From Lama guanicoe (lineage: Eukaryota), in NCBI GenBank assembly GCA_013239625.1, contig MU054001.1, positions 1,990,151 to 2,054,150 of the forward strand: 64,000 nucleotides of DNA. The letters run 5' to 3'. How positions within the stretch are numbered: position 1 is the first letter of the stretch; every line of letters begins with the position of its first letter. Shown here one piece after another: positions 11,733 to 24,517 of the stretch. Below the pieces are notes generated by a model, which worked only from the letters and a program-made list of their open reading frames with translations, was not told where the DNA came from and searched no databases. Position numbers and translations under genes: made by a program.

Positions 11733-14249
11733 TCTAAAGCAATGGGGCTATGTGTGGTGAAATGCCAGGTGTCAAAGAATAGCTTCAGGGAGAAATTTTT
11801 TTCCCCCGAAGATTAGGGGAGTTCAAATGGCCAGAAGACCTCTCTGGCATTCTTCAACACTTTTGATTTTCTTGAAATTCACTTGTTCATTTGTTCACGC
11901 ATTTCATTCAGCTCTCAAGCCTTTGACTGAAAAAATGCCTACCCACTCTGTTGTGAGTTTTATAAGCAAGGATGACTCTATTCTTTGCTTGGGGTCAGTG
12001 GCAGCAATTGCAGTCCCATGAGATGCTCATTTTGAGGCCTCGCTAACACTCCCAGAGCTGGCTTCAGGCAGACGCCTCTTCTAGCTCCCAATTGCTATGG
12101 AATTAGGAATAACTTGTCCCAAGCACAGGAAATAGGTTTTGTGGCTGGAATTTGCACTCAGAATATTATAAATGTGTCTAAGATCATGAGACTCATGTTC
12201 CACACTTGAATCAGTACTTACAAATTAATATGATGTTGGTCCTCCAACAGTTACTTGGCAGGCTTAACCCTCCCAGGATATTGCTGTAACTCTGGAAGTT
12301 TAAAAAATTACAAGCATATGGAATGCTATTTATCTTGGAATGTTCTCTTAAAGATTTTTTAAAAAATTATAAATGTAGCTATTACATTGTAGAATGTTAA
12401 GAAAACAGAGAAATGAAAATAACATCATATATAATCTTAATACCCCAACGACATGCGGCAAGTGCCTGGCACAGTACATGGTGCATACTAGGTGCTCAGG
12501 AATTATTTGCCGAGTGAATGAATAGATGTATATTTCTTTTGAAAATCCAGTGAGTGGAAAATCTTTATCCTTCAAGGGTAGATTTCATTTTTGGAAATAG
12601 CTAATAGTCAATATTCCTTTTATGTCAAGCGTGTTGGTGCGGTGGATTACCAATATGGGCAACACTGTTCCTGAACATAATGAGGCTTGACTATCAAATA
12701 TTGGGGACAACTGGGCTGGAAATTAGAAAATCTGAATTCTTGTCTCAGCTCTGACAATAAAATGCTCTGTAATCGTGGGAATCTATTCATGCCTGCGTGC
12801 ATGCACCCAACTCAGAAAACAAGAGAGCGATGGTCTTTTATCTTCTGGAGTTTATAGTCTAGTAAAGGAGAAGACATTGATTCTTCTATGGAGCTGAGGG
12901 ACGGCAGGGTTAGGGACACTTACTCTAAGAACAGAAGGATCTCAATTTCCTCATCTGCAAAGCAAGAGACTTGGGCTGGACGGTTTTCAAGATCCTGTCC
13001 GGTTCTGACATGGTATGACTATGGTTTTGTTGTTGCTTTTGATCAGAAAGCAATTTTTGAAATGAATCAGTTTCTCTTTGCATAGAGAACTGTTGTAGGT
13101 TTGGCTTGCAGCTTTTTAGGGGGAGTGAGTTAGCATGCCAGGAGACTCCAGTCTTTAGATGTCTCTCCTTTGGTGCCCAAGGGAGAAAATTCAGGATGGT
13201 TTCTGAGGGCCTTGATTATATTGGATCTAGCTCTGCTGTCGGTCACTTGCAAAAAAATTCTTTACATCGCTAAGGGACTGCTGAGAAAAATAACAGCGTG
13301 GACGTCATAAGTGCTGTTTAGATGTCAGCCACAGTCGGATGGCCTGTCTTCATCAAGCTGAGGCTGCGTGTTTTAATCCTGACCACTGATCTGAGCTTGG
13401 ACCCTGTACAAATGGGCATGTTGATTCGTAAATCTTTAGGCATCAACTCCAGCTGGAAGATGTGCCCTGCTGGTCCCCTCTCCATGCCTCATGTATCCCA
13501 ATTTTTGACATCTTGCTTGAATAAGAGGACTGTTTTGGCTTTGTGTAGCTACAGCCTTCACTGTACTAGAGTCTCACCAGTCATCATAGCTGTGTGAATT
13601 TGTGCAAGTCACTTAGCTTTCTGGGACTCAATTCCCAATGTTTCTAATGAAAAGTTTCAATTACATCATTATGGAGTCTCCTTACACCACTAAGTTCTTC
13701 AGTTCTAGATGTGACCCCAAACAGCCATACCTCGTTTTCCCATTGTAAAAGCATCCTTGCAAATAGACCAGAAGTCCAGAATGTCTCATAGGTCTCAGGC
13801 TTTATTTCTAAATTAATTTTTAAAAAGTTATTTATAAAAGTAATACTGATCAATGCAGGAAATTTGAAACACAACAGAAATATTGGGAAAAAATATATAT
13901 TCAGAACATTATGTTATTACCCAATCCAGAGATAATCACTACGTGTATAAATGAATCTATGTTTACTGAAAATAGTATCAATTTTGTCTATAGATAGAAA
14001 TAAATAGCATAGAGATTTAAAAATGAAATTATGCTTTACATGCTTTATACCCTCATTTCACTTGGCAATATATTGTGAATATTTCCAGTATTTATTCTTC
14101 TATTGAATTTTATAAAACATGATTTTTGTAAAGAACTGAACGGTGTTCCACTGAATGTCTATGGACAATGGCAATATTTCCCGATCCAACTTTCCCCTTT
14201 TATAGGGCAAAGCAACTAGTGTCTACGCCATCCCATGAAACCGTACCAC

Positions 14250-14400
14250 CATCCCATCTTCTTTTCTTTCTCCTTCTCTTTTTCCTTCCACACTTTTTTA
14301 CTCTTTCCTTCTTTCTTTTTCTTTCTTCCTCTCTTTCTTCTTCTCCTTTCTCTTTCTCTTCTGTCCCCCTTCTCTTATTTCCTCATTCTTTTTTTTTTTT
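14250..14400. repeat. CT-rich low-complexity tract followed by a truncated SINE stub (~14390-14440)
   Basis: Polypyrimidine tract, then ttttggtggagatgccagggatggaaactgagacctcatacac. Confidence 0.7.
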
Positions 14401-14504
14401 GGTGGAGATGCCAGGGATGGAAACTGAGACCTCATACACTTCACCTTCTTTTGATGTTATATTTGGGCTGGTCATCTGCAGAGAAGTCAGGCCAGCAAAT
14501 AAAC

Positions 14505-14526
14505 TGTGTGTGTGTGTGTGTGTGTG
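14505..14526. repeat. (TG)n microsatellite
   Basis: Direct reading. Confidence 0.95.
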
Positions 14527-14937
14527 CTGATGGCTACACTTATGGCCTTCAGTCTGCTGAGGCACTAAAGGAACATCTTGGAGACAATCTCTGAAAGTCA
14601 GTCAGTCCTCAAGGAGTCATGACCTCATTGGAGGTATTCAAGGTGGTAGATGTGGGTCTAACATAGGAAAGGTTTTCTTTCCTCTTTAGGTTAGAGATGT
14701 GGAGGATTGAATTGTCATCTGTAGTGGTGAATTTCCTATTACTGGTTGCATTCAAGCAAAGGCTGACTGACCACTTACTACAATCATTGTCATGTTCCCA
14801 GACCAAAAAAAAAAAAAAAATCATGTCTAAGCTAAAAATTTTGGTCCTGCACTTGATTTGCCCTGAAGCTTCCCCAAACTTTTCAGTCTGACTGTTCCTC
14901 TGGGTTAAACTCAGTGACCTCTAACTCTTTTCAAGTA

Positions 14938-15413
14938 CAGATGGTCTCTCACTTACAAAATGGTTTTTTGACTTCACGATGGTGTGAAGCAATAGGAATT
15001 CAGTTGAAACTGTACTTCAGATTTTGAATGTTGATCTTTTTCCACACTAACAATATGAGCTAAGATACTCTCTTGTTATGCTGGCCAGTGGCAGCGGGCC
15101 ACAGCTCCCAGTTAGCCACATGATCTCCAAGGTAAACAACATATACCCTTATAACCATTCTGTTTTTCACTTTCAGTACAGTATTTAATAAATATAAATA
15201 TTTAAAGTTACGTGAAATATTCAACACTTTTTTTTGTAAAAAGACTTTGTGTTAGATGATTTTACTCAACTGTAGGCTAAAGCAAGTATTCTGAGCACGT
15301 TTGAGGTAGGAGAGGCTAAGCTGTGATGTTCAGTAGGTTAGATATATGAAATACATTTTCAACTTACAATATTTTTAATTTGCAATACCTCATCGTAAGT
15401 TGGGGAAGATCTG
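14938..15413 (-). mobile_element. TcMar-Tigger MITE (MER47/Tigger5-like)
   Basis: Terminal inverted repeats cagatggtctctcacttac / gtaagttggggaagatctg flanked by TA dinucleotides. Confidence 0.8.
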
Positions 15414-16264
15414 TATTAGGTTCTCTGATTCTATGACTCTGTGACATAGGCCTTTCTCTAAGGTGCTACTGTTTAACTCCTGAAATTGATGTTGATAAAA
15501 GACTTGGATGGGAAAGGAGGTTTAACTAATTGCAAATAATGAGATTTCAGTCTATCTGGGAATTTCACTTGTTCAGGCTTTCCCTAACCCTCATTTCTGC
15601 AGATACGTGATGGGATGTCTTAATGACAAAAGCATTGAATGAAACCTGTGGAGGGGTGTAAGGAAAGAAATGCACACATGTTCTAGACAGACGGGTGTTA
15701 GTCTCTACCTGCATGTTTGAATGAGCTGCTAGGTCCTGTATGGAATGTCACACTAAAGACCCTTTAAATGCCTTGACTGAGCAATTTGGCTGTACCCCAT
15801 TTTCTCATTTCAAAATGTTTCAGGTTCCCTTTGCTCCGTGAAATGCATAAAAGCTGCTTCTGGCCACAGAGACTAATGTGCTATCCCTTTTATCTCCAAA
15901 ACGGGCTCCCAATTGGTTCCAGGGAAAGTGATTTTCCCAAACTTGGCTGCCAGCCATAATTGGCTTATATGTGACCCATCCATTTCCACATGCTTGTTAG
16001 AGCTGGGTTCTGGAGTCTCCTCAGACCCTCCCAGGCAGCTGGGCAGGGGCAATAGAAACTATCAGGCATGGTGGTGGAACCCCTGGAGTTGGGTGGTCCA
16101 TTCCTGCACTCATGACCTGTTGGATGGAGTAGACCCTATATGGCGACTGCCTTTGAAACCAGGCAGACAGTGGGAAACATTGGAGGAAAACAGACCCCAT
16201 CTTTATTTCCCTCTTATCTCTGGCTCCTTCTTGTTTTCTCTCTCTGTCCACCGTCCAGCAGCGG

Positions 16265-16475
16265 CAGTAAGAAATTGTACCAACTAGGGCCAGATTGCTT
16301 GGGTTTGAAACCTGGCTCTCCCATCTAATAGCCGTGTCACCTTGGGCAAGCTTCTCAGAATTCCACTCTCTGGGTCTCCTCATCTGTAACATGGGACAAT
16401 AATTGTACTTCCCTTAGAGTATTTATGAGGACCAAACAAATGTAAATGAAGCACTTAGGCCAGTGCCTGGCAAAT
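16265..16475 (+). mobile_element. MIR
   Basis: gggtttgaaacctggctct...gtgtcaccttgggcaag...ctcatctgtaacatggg...agcacttaggccagtgcctggca. Confidence 0.75.
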
Positions 16476-16679
16476 CATGGGGGCTGTTACGTGTTTGCTA
16501 ATACTAATTCAAGGAGCTCAACACCTGCTGTGGACTGAGCAGGGGCTGGGTGCTGGACACGTGCCATCACGGCCCTCGAGAGGCACAAGTGGCTGAGCCC
16601 CAGGAAGACATGAGTGACTCTTCCTTTTTTTCCATCTCCTCCCTTCCCATATTTCTCCTCCTCTCCCTTTCTTCCTTTC

Positions 16680-16830
16680 TGTATGTTTCCTGTTGCCACC
16701 ATAACAAATTATCGTAAACTTTCTGGCTTAAAACAACACAAATTTATTATCTTACAGGTTTGTAGGTCAAAAACCTCACTAAAAAAAATCAAGGTTTTGG
16801 CAGGGTGGTATTTCTTCTGGAGGCTCTAGC
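16680..16830 (-). mobile_element. MaLR MLT1 LTR fragment
   Basis: tgtatgtttcctgttgccaccataacaaattatc...ggcttaaaacaacacaaatttattatcttacag...ttctggaggctctag. Confidence 0.75.
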
Positions 16831-19084
16831 CCATTGGTTTTTCATTTGTTAACTCAAGGGATTTAGATTATAAGTCCATTGGAAAAGGACCTGGAAAATG
16901 GTCCACGAACCTGGTGCACTTTCCCAAATTCCATGGTGGGACAGTGAGAAATGTCATGTCTATTACTTAAAAAAAATTGTTCTTAAAGTAAAATAGGTGA
17001 TTTATTTTGGAAAGGGCGCAAAGCACTTGCCGAAGGAAATGAGGAAATAAGCCCAAATCAGAAGACAAGATATCATTTTTGTGTGTTTCCAGAAGAAAAG
17101 ACTTCACTTGACATATATGCGGTATAAATTCTTGTACATCTTGTATATCACAGAGGCCTCTCTGTCCCTTTGCAAACTTGCATTAGTTCTTGGATCTCTC
17201 AGGAAGCTGCAGGGACATTTTTTTTTTTTTTCTCTACCTTTACAACTTGGTGACCTCAGATTCCAGGGATGGAGTTGATCCTTAAGGATTTTGCTCTCTA
17301 CCTGGTTTGCTCTAAACCAATAACAAGAGGCATTTTTTCCTCCTAGCATATTACAATATCTGTACAATTTCTTTTAAGGTACTTTAGTATAATTGATGGG
17401 ATTAGTAGGCATGTGCCAGTTAACTTGTCCGGTGGTCAGCGTGCACAGTCTAGGGTGAATCACTACACATGGAGCCCGACTCCAGAGGCCGCCACTGTAA
17501 GTCCTTTTCCATCATTTAGAGATCACTAGCAATGGATTTGCTAATTAGCACACTGGTATAAAAAACGGATTTTTATTGGCAAATCTAGTGACTGTTAATT
17601 AGTTTGATGAATGTTCAAAATGAGCTTCAGATAAGCAGCTTGGGCTAAAATATGTGGATTAAAGACGTTCTCCTCCCTTGTATGAACCTAGCCTGCAGTC
17701 TTGTAGCCTGTACCTTTAGGGATGTCATCTGTATGTTATCCTTAATCAATCCTGTGTCCAACCATTGATTTAGGAGGATTTCTGATAACATGATTCCAGT
17801 TTGTAGTTGTAAAAGCCTGTTCTAATATTCTTGGAGCAAACTTTTTATACAGGGAAATGTTGGAGCAGCTTGGAAGTCAGAAAGCTGGAACTTCATTATG
17901 GCCCGGAACTGGTCATGTGAACCGCTTAGTGCCTGCTTTACAAATGAATGTCTGTTTAATTAATATTGGGAGTTGTGACTGTTGGCAACTCAGGTCAACA
18001 GGACAGAGCTTCAGCCTTTCTTCTGCTAAATCTGAGATCACCAAAGAATTATTGCGGAGTTAACTCAAATTAGGCAATGTCTGTTGGTCATCCCTTTTCT
18101 CCCAACATGATGGCCAGCTAGCTGTCCAAGATCTGCTTCTGATTTGATTTTGAAAATCTCCCCTGAGTTCTGAGAGCAATTCTGTTTCTTTAAACTGAAA
18201 AAAAGAAAAAAAAAAACAAAGAAAAAAATAGAAATAAAAGAAGAGAGAGAGAGAATGACACAGAGAGAGAAAGCATGCAGACGCTGACTACTACTTTTTG
18301 GCTCCTGTGTGTAATTTAAATTTTGATGAATCCCCTCAATGTTAGATATCCATAATGGATGTAATATGGCAAGACAAAAAAAAGAAGCTGTTCTGGAACA
18401 CAGAGGCACTTGGTCCCTGGTGTGGCTATGTCAAGTCACTGAAAAGCCATCTTGACTGTGACCCTGAGCTCCTCATTTGCGTTTCTAACTGCGACCTGAG
18501 GGCTAGTCTGATGTATGAACAGAGAAGGTAGCTTTCCGAATGACAAACCCACGACCTTTTCCTGTCGCCTCCTCCTGAGGACATTCTAGGAAAAGTTTTC
18601 TAACTCAGTTGGTAAGAAAGACCAAATTATAAAAATACACTTGAAAAATGTCACACTATTTCTCCTGTTACACATCTAAATTCATTGTCTGACATGTAGT
18701 GAGTAACCAATAAATGTTTGTTAAATGAATGAATAAAATTTGTTTTTGAGCTTAATGGACCGATCTATCTTCTTGCCTGAATTTAAAATATTTGTTTTCT
18801 TAAAGTCTGGAAAACATATTTGTCTGTGTCCTCTATTTCTATACAACTGATGAATAACCACGGTAATAGATAATATATATTGAGTATTTACTGTGTGCTC
18901 GGCATGTGACTTTCTATACATTATACAATTTAACCCTCACAATAACTCAATTTTATTATTACCCTCAATTTTAGGTGAGGATTCCGAGATTTCAAGAGAT
19001 TAAGTAGCTTGATCAAAGTCATATGACTAGGAAGCAGTTGCTTTGCTTGAACCCAGGGAGTCTGCCTCCAGACCGCCTACTCTT

Positions 19085-19228
19085 TATTTTTTGATCAGTT
19101 TACAATGTTGTGTTAATTTCTGGTGTACAGCATAGTGATTCATTTATACATATATATGGATATTCCTTTTCATATTCTTTTCCACTATAGTTTATTCCAA
19201 GGTACTGAATATAGTTCCCTGTGCAGTA
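19085..19228 (-). mobile_element. Short L1 3' end fragment inside a MIR
   Basis: tttacaatgttgtgttaatttctggtgtacagcatagtgatt...gaatatagttccctgtgc. Confidence 0.8.
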
Positions 19229-20589
19229 GCAGACCCCCTACTCTCAGTCCCCAAGTAACATTGCCCTCCCACTTTTTTTGGGAATTATAAATGCCTTCAT
19301 TCTATAATGTCTTTTTATAAGAAGAATTTGGAGTATCTCTTCTTTTGCAACACTGTCACTTGGAATTCCCTGTTATTTATAAGGTTTATTGTTAATGTTC
19401 AGGTTGAAAAAGTTAGTCTGTGTCTCAGCCTTAGCATCCCTGATGACTGACTGTGTGCATGTCTGATTGTGATAGTGAGAATAATCACCACTATAGAGTG
19501 ACAACCATCTACCAGACTTTGTGCACATTATTGCTAATGCTTACAAACAACTCTGAGAAACTCTTAGTTACTTCATCACTCCCATTTGCAGATAAAGGAA
19601 CCGAGGCTCCCAGAGGTTACATAAATTGCTTTGGGTCTTATACCTCACCACAAGCAAAACTGGGATAAGAACATAGGTCTGTGAGTTGCCTAGGTTTCTC
19701 CTGTTCTATAATCATGCCCATTCTAGGTAATAATACAGCAGTGACATGGGCTGCCATATAAGTTTCCTCTGGGAGATGTCTCTTTTGCAAGACTTTCTTG
19801 GGAATGCCCAGTAGAATCTGACAGAGCATCCTGTCTAGTGGAAGCAGGTCTGATATCTGCTGTGGACCTGGCCTGGGCTTTCTCCACACCTTGATTGGCT
19901 GTACTTGTACTGACACAATGAATCCTTTTGTTAGGGGAGGTGTGGCCCGGCTTAACCCCCAGGTAGGGCTAGGCAGACCCCAGCTATCATCCTGCCTTGG
20001 ATGAGTACTCTTACCAGTCATAAAAATTAATTTTAGCACTTGAGCTAATTGGAATAAAAAAATGTGACACCCAAGCCAGAAATAAGCCTAATGAAGCCCA
20101 TTAAATAATTTAATGATTACATAATTATGTTCATTTAAAATGCAGGAATTGATTACTCTCAAATTAATTTTATCATCTCTGTTCTTTTTAGAGCACATTT
20201 ATTTTGAACAAAATGAAGGATTAGTTTCATTTCTGATGGGCACTCTGCCATTAATAATCATGTCTCATTATAATGAGAAAATGTTGTGTTTTGAATAAGT
20301 TCATGTGACCATATATTTCCAGATAACAGACAGGCTTGTTCAGCGGAGAGATTTAAGCTATTGAAAGGGTCTTACTAATTTGAATCATAAAGTGAGTAAG
20401 TGGGGGATTGATGTGCTCCACGAAGACAAATATGAGTGAGATCTGGTGCAATCCAGCTAATTAGGGACTGGATCAGGGTGTTCAGGAAGCTTCAAACCAG
20501 TTGCTAAAGGAGGCATCATGGGATAGGAAAGGCTCAAAGGCTTCACAATAGGCATAAATTGAATGCTTTTCTAGCATCTTTTCCTTCTT

Positions 20590-21050
20590 CCTTTCCAACA
20601 GCTCCTAATTTCTACTTGGGAATCTGTCTCATTTTGAGGCAGAAGACTCCTTCTCAAACTCTAGGAGGAAAGCATATTAACTGCTGAGCCAATCACTGAG
20701 TTTCATCCACTGGCCATGGTGACTGGCACAGAGGTGGTGGGCGTGTGACCTAAGGCTATTCGAACAGGATGAACCTCAGGACCATTTCAGGGGTTCCTGG
20801 GATAGACCCTTTTTTCCTTTTGACTATGAATGGACAAGTAGGATAGCAGCCTTTTGGGGTCCATGAGGGGAGGCAGTCTTAAGATGGAGTTGAACTGAAG
20901 AAGGCAGAAAAGAGAGACAGGAGGAAATCAGAACTCGGTGACATTGTTAAACCCCAGGGACAAAGGCTCTCCTGAATCCATCTCTAGACCATTACAGATA
21001 CCAGTAAATCCCTTTTTTGCTGAAGCCCTCATTGCTATCAGTTGAAAGCA
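20590..21050 (+). mobile_element. Old ERVL-class solo LTR (LTR33/LTR16-group-like)
   Basis: gagccaatcac...tggccatggtgactggcacagaggtgg...gtgacctaaggc...ccagtaaatccctttt. Confidence 0.5.
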
Positions 21051-22462
21051 TCCCGGGCAAAGCAGGATTTAATAGGTTACAGGATTTTTCCTTTCGGCTT
21101 TTCTTGATGGCTATGGAGTCATGGAGCATCCTTCCTGTGAGAGACTGTGGGCGTCCCCAATTCCAGCAGGGGTGCCACACAACAATCTGAGAAGTTGATT
21201 TGTGGTCCTAGATGGGTTTCTTGCACTTGTAGAGGATTTGATATTTTCCAGGGTGTTTTCAGAATGTTTTGGATACACAGGACCAAGTTTCTCTGTAAGG
21301 GAGGCAGGGCAAGGCCATCATACCATGAGAGGGACAGGATTGGTTAGGGGGATGAGATGCCTTCTGTAGTCAGAGAGATATGACATCAAATCCCCGCTCT
21401 TCTACTCTGGGAGCTGGGCTGTTCCTGCACCTGTAAAATGGGCATGACAGCTACTTTGTAAGTTCTTTCTTTTTTAATATGTGTGTGAAAATTGAAATGG
21501 AGAGTGTTAATGAAAGGGCCTGCCATGGGGCACACAAACAGAATATAATCCTGGTCAATTTTATTTATTTCTTCTTTTGGAACCAGGAAGGCCTTGATGT
21601 ACCAAAGGTTCTTTCTCTACTCCTTGTCCCCACCCTTGGAGACTTAGGGTTTTGTTTCTTGTGAAAATGCGAACATCTCTGGAGGATCTATTGGTCAGTT
21701 ATACCTGTGTGAAAATTTTAAGTTGCTGGCAGTGATTTGTTTGTTAGGAGCCACCAGAGATGGAAATAAGCAGGTTTTGATTAGGGATGAGAGGTTAGAG
21801 GGCATGCTCCTGAATCCCTGAGAGGGTGCTTCAAAGAAAGAGAAAAGGCACAGGATAGTGACAAATACCAGCTTTTGCAGGCAAATGTTTTGAGCCCTCT
21901 TTAAGGGCTTCTGAAACATACGAATAACACTGATGTCTTTGTGGAACCGCACCACAAATGATGAGCTTTTCCTTAAAAGTGGAGGAACACAATCTAATTA
22001 TTATGAGGCACCCTCTGATAGCCTCTCTGTGGGGCCCAGCAGTGATGTCCCTGCTCTTGTGCCAAATGTGAAAACTACAGATCATTTTTAAAAGGTTGAG
22101 TGACTGTGTCATAGACCCTGGGACATTTAAAAAATATTTATTGTTTTTTTTTTAAAAATCAAAAAGGAAATATATTTGTTCTCATATCTGAAAACTCTAG
22201 GGAGTGCCTGACTTCAGTCCCAGCTGAAAATCATAAGGAACTCTCTCTCCATCTCCAATTCTCTTGGTGTTGGCATTATTTTCAAACATGATGTCCTCCG
22301 GTGGTAGCAAGGATGACTGTCTGCAGTCCCAGAGCTACCAGCTTTTACATATGTAATCTTCCATTCTCAATGCAAGTTTGCCAGGGACAAGATGAAGAAA
22401 CTGATGCTCAGAGTTTAGCGCAGGTCACCCAAAGTCACCCAAGAAAGGACAGAGCCCCTCAC

Positions 22463-22838
22463 CCTGTCACATGGTGAAGTCCTAATTTCCAGAACCTCAG
22501 ATTGTGACCTGATTTGGAGATAGGGTTTTTATAGAGGTAATTAAATTAAATGAAGTCATTAGCATGGGATCTAATCCAAACCTTATAAAACAGGGACATT
22601 TGGAATCAGGCACGTACACAGAGGGAAGACAATGCAAAGAGATGTAGGGAGAAGATGGCCATCCACACCCACAGGAGGGAGGCTGGGAAAGGTTCCTCCC
22701 TCTCAGCTTTAAGAAGGATCCAATCCTGCTGACACCTTGATTTTGCACTTCTAGACTCCAGGACTGTGAGACAATTTCTGTGGTTGAAGCCAACCATTGT
22801 GTGATGGATGCTTCATTACAGAGCCCTAGGAAACTGAC
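22463..22838 (+). mobile_element. MaLR MLT1 (MLT1A/B-like) solo LTR
   Basis: gaagtcctaa...acctcagattgtgacc..tttggagatagggt...cctgctgacaccttgatttt...gactgtgagacaatttctgtggttgaagcca...gccctaggaaactgaca. Confidence 0.85.
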
Positions 22839-23379
22839 ATGGAGCCCAAATTTGAATTCAGATCTGTCTGACTCCAAAGCCAGTGTTCTTTCTCCTTCAT
22901 TGCTCCACATCAGATGTGGTGATGCATGTGGTACCTGTGAGATTTATGAGATGGGATTCATCTTCTGAACTGAAAAATAAGATATATTTTCTGGATGGGA
23001 GTCTGCAAGTGTTTTCTGCTCTCACAGATCTCTGGAGGAAGGAGAGCATTTTCTGCAGACAGCTGTGCTTGAACAACTCCAAACAATCCAGTGCAAGAAG
23101 CAAACACATGCTCTTCAGACCGAGTAACCGCTGATTATAATTGAGAGAGCATTTTAATTGGCTAAATTAAAGGTCCATGTGTGTGCCCATGATGATAGGA
23201 GGAGAGTTTCTTCTGCTTTCCTGCTTTCAATCTAAAGAAGCGGTTTGAGCAGCCTAACTCTTCCCCTCCAGGTTCTTGACACATGTTATGAGATTGTCAC
23301 GGGCTATTCATTCTCCCATTCCCTTAACACATGGACATGAAGCCTCTCTTATGTCTGAGTCCCAGTACTTAATGCTACA

Positions 23380-23903
23380 GAGAAGTGTTATCCAATAGAA
23401 ACAGAATGCGAGCCACAAAAGTGAGCCATGGAGAAAATTTAAAAATTTCTAGTAAGCACATTAAAAAAAAATAAAGAGAAACAGATGAAATTTATTTTAA
23501 TAATAGCTCTTATTTTTTGATCTACCATAGCATATAATTAATATAAAATTCTTTAAAATTTTTTTTTACTAAGGAACTTTTAAAAATAAATTCAGTGGGT
23601 TTTTTTTTTTTGGTATTGTTTTTTTAGAGGGAGGTAATTAGGTGTTTGTTTTTTTTTTTCAGTAGAGGTACTGGGGATTGAACCCAGGACCTCATGCATG
23701 CTAGTCATGCACTCTACCACTGAAATACACTCTCCCCGCAATATAAAAATTCTTAATGTGATATTTTATAGTCTTTTTTTCTTACTAAGTCTTTGAAATC
23801 TGGTGTATATTTTACATAGATGACACATCTCCACTTGGACCGGCCACATTTCAGATGCTTAATAGCCACACATGTCTACAGGCTCCTGTGTTGGACAGTG
23901 CAG
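23380..23903. mobile_element. MER33/MER3-like hAT-Charlie element, interrupted by a SINE
   Basis: tccaatagaa...gcgagccaca...ctaagtctttgaaatctggtgtatatttt...gccacatttcagatgcttaatagccacacatg...ttggacagtgcag. Confidence 0.8.
23555..23739 (-). mobile_element. tRNA-derived SINE (Vic-1-like)
   Basis: gaggtactggggattgaacccaggacctcatgcatgc; TSD-like aatataaaa(a)ttctt on both sides. Confidence 0.9.
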
Positions 23904-24374
23904 ATCTAGAGGGTAATTCCATAAAGATGATGGCAGTAATAGTACGAATCGTATGACTTCCATTATTTTTGTTCCATGTAACCAGGAATGTTCTCTCCCC
24001 ATACAGTCTATTTTTAAGCTTAAGTTCTGAACACATTTATACAATTTAAAAAAAACATATACAATTATATAGCAAAGCATCTTGATCGTCACCATCACCT
24101 CAGTTCTCATTCCTTAAGGAAAAAAAAAAGCCTCCCCCAAACCAAGAATCCATTTTAATAGCTTATTGCATGTCCTTACATTTTCTTTAAGCAGATATGA
24201 ATACATAGTCTTATTTTTCCTTCTTTCTTTTAACCTAAAGATAGTAAATTATATCCATGTTCTTCATTCTTTGTTTTTTTGCTAAACAATTTATACTGGA
24301 GATTTTTTCATATCAGTACATAACTCCCTGGGTCTTTTTCACAGGTGCATTGTATGAAGTTACCAGAATTTAGA

Positions 24375-24517
24375 TTTTATTATTTTTTTAATTAAAAAAA
24401 TTTTTTTGTGGAGGTGATTAGGTTTACTCATTACATTAGAAGAGGCACTGGGGATTGAACCCAGGACCTCATACATGCTAAGCATGCCCTCTACCATTTG
24501 AGGGCACACCCTTCTCC
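24375..24517 (-). mobile_element. tRNA-derived SINE (Vic-1-like) within an old L1
   Basis: gaggcactggggattgaacccaggacctcatacatgctaagcatg. Confidence 0.88.

Noticed and set aside
14168..14594. Hydrophobic ~120-aa ORFs
   Set aside because: Translations of CT-rich low complexity, a SINE stub and a TG repeat.
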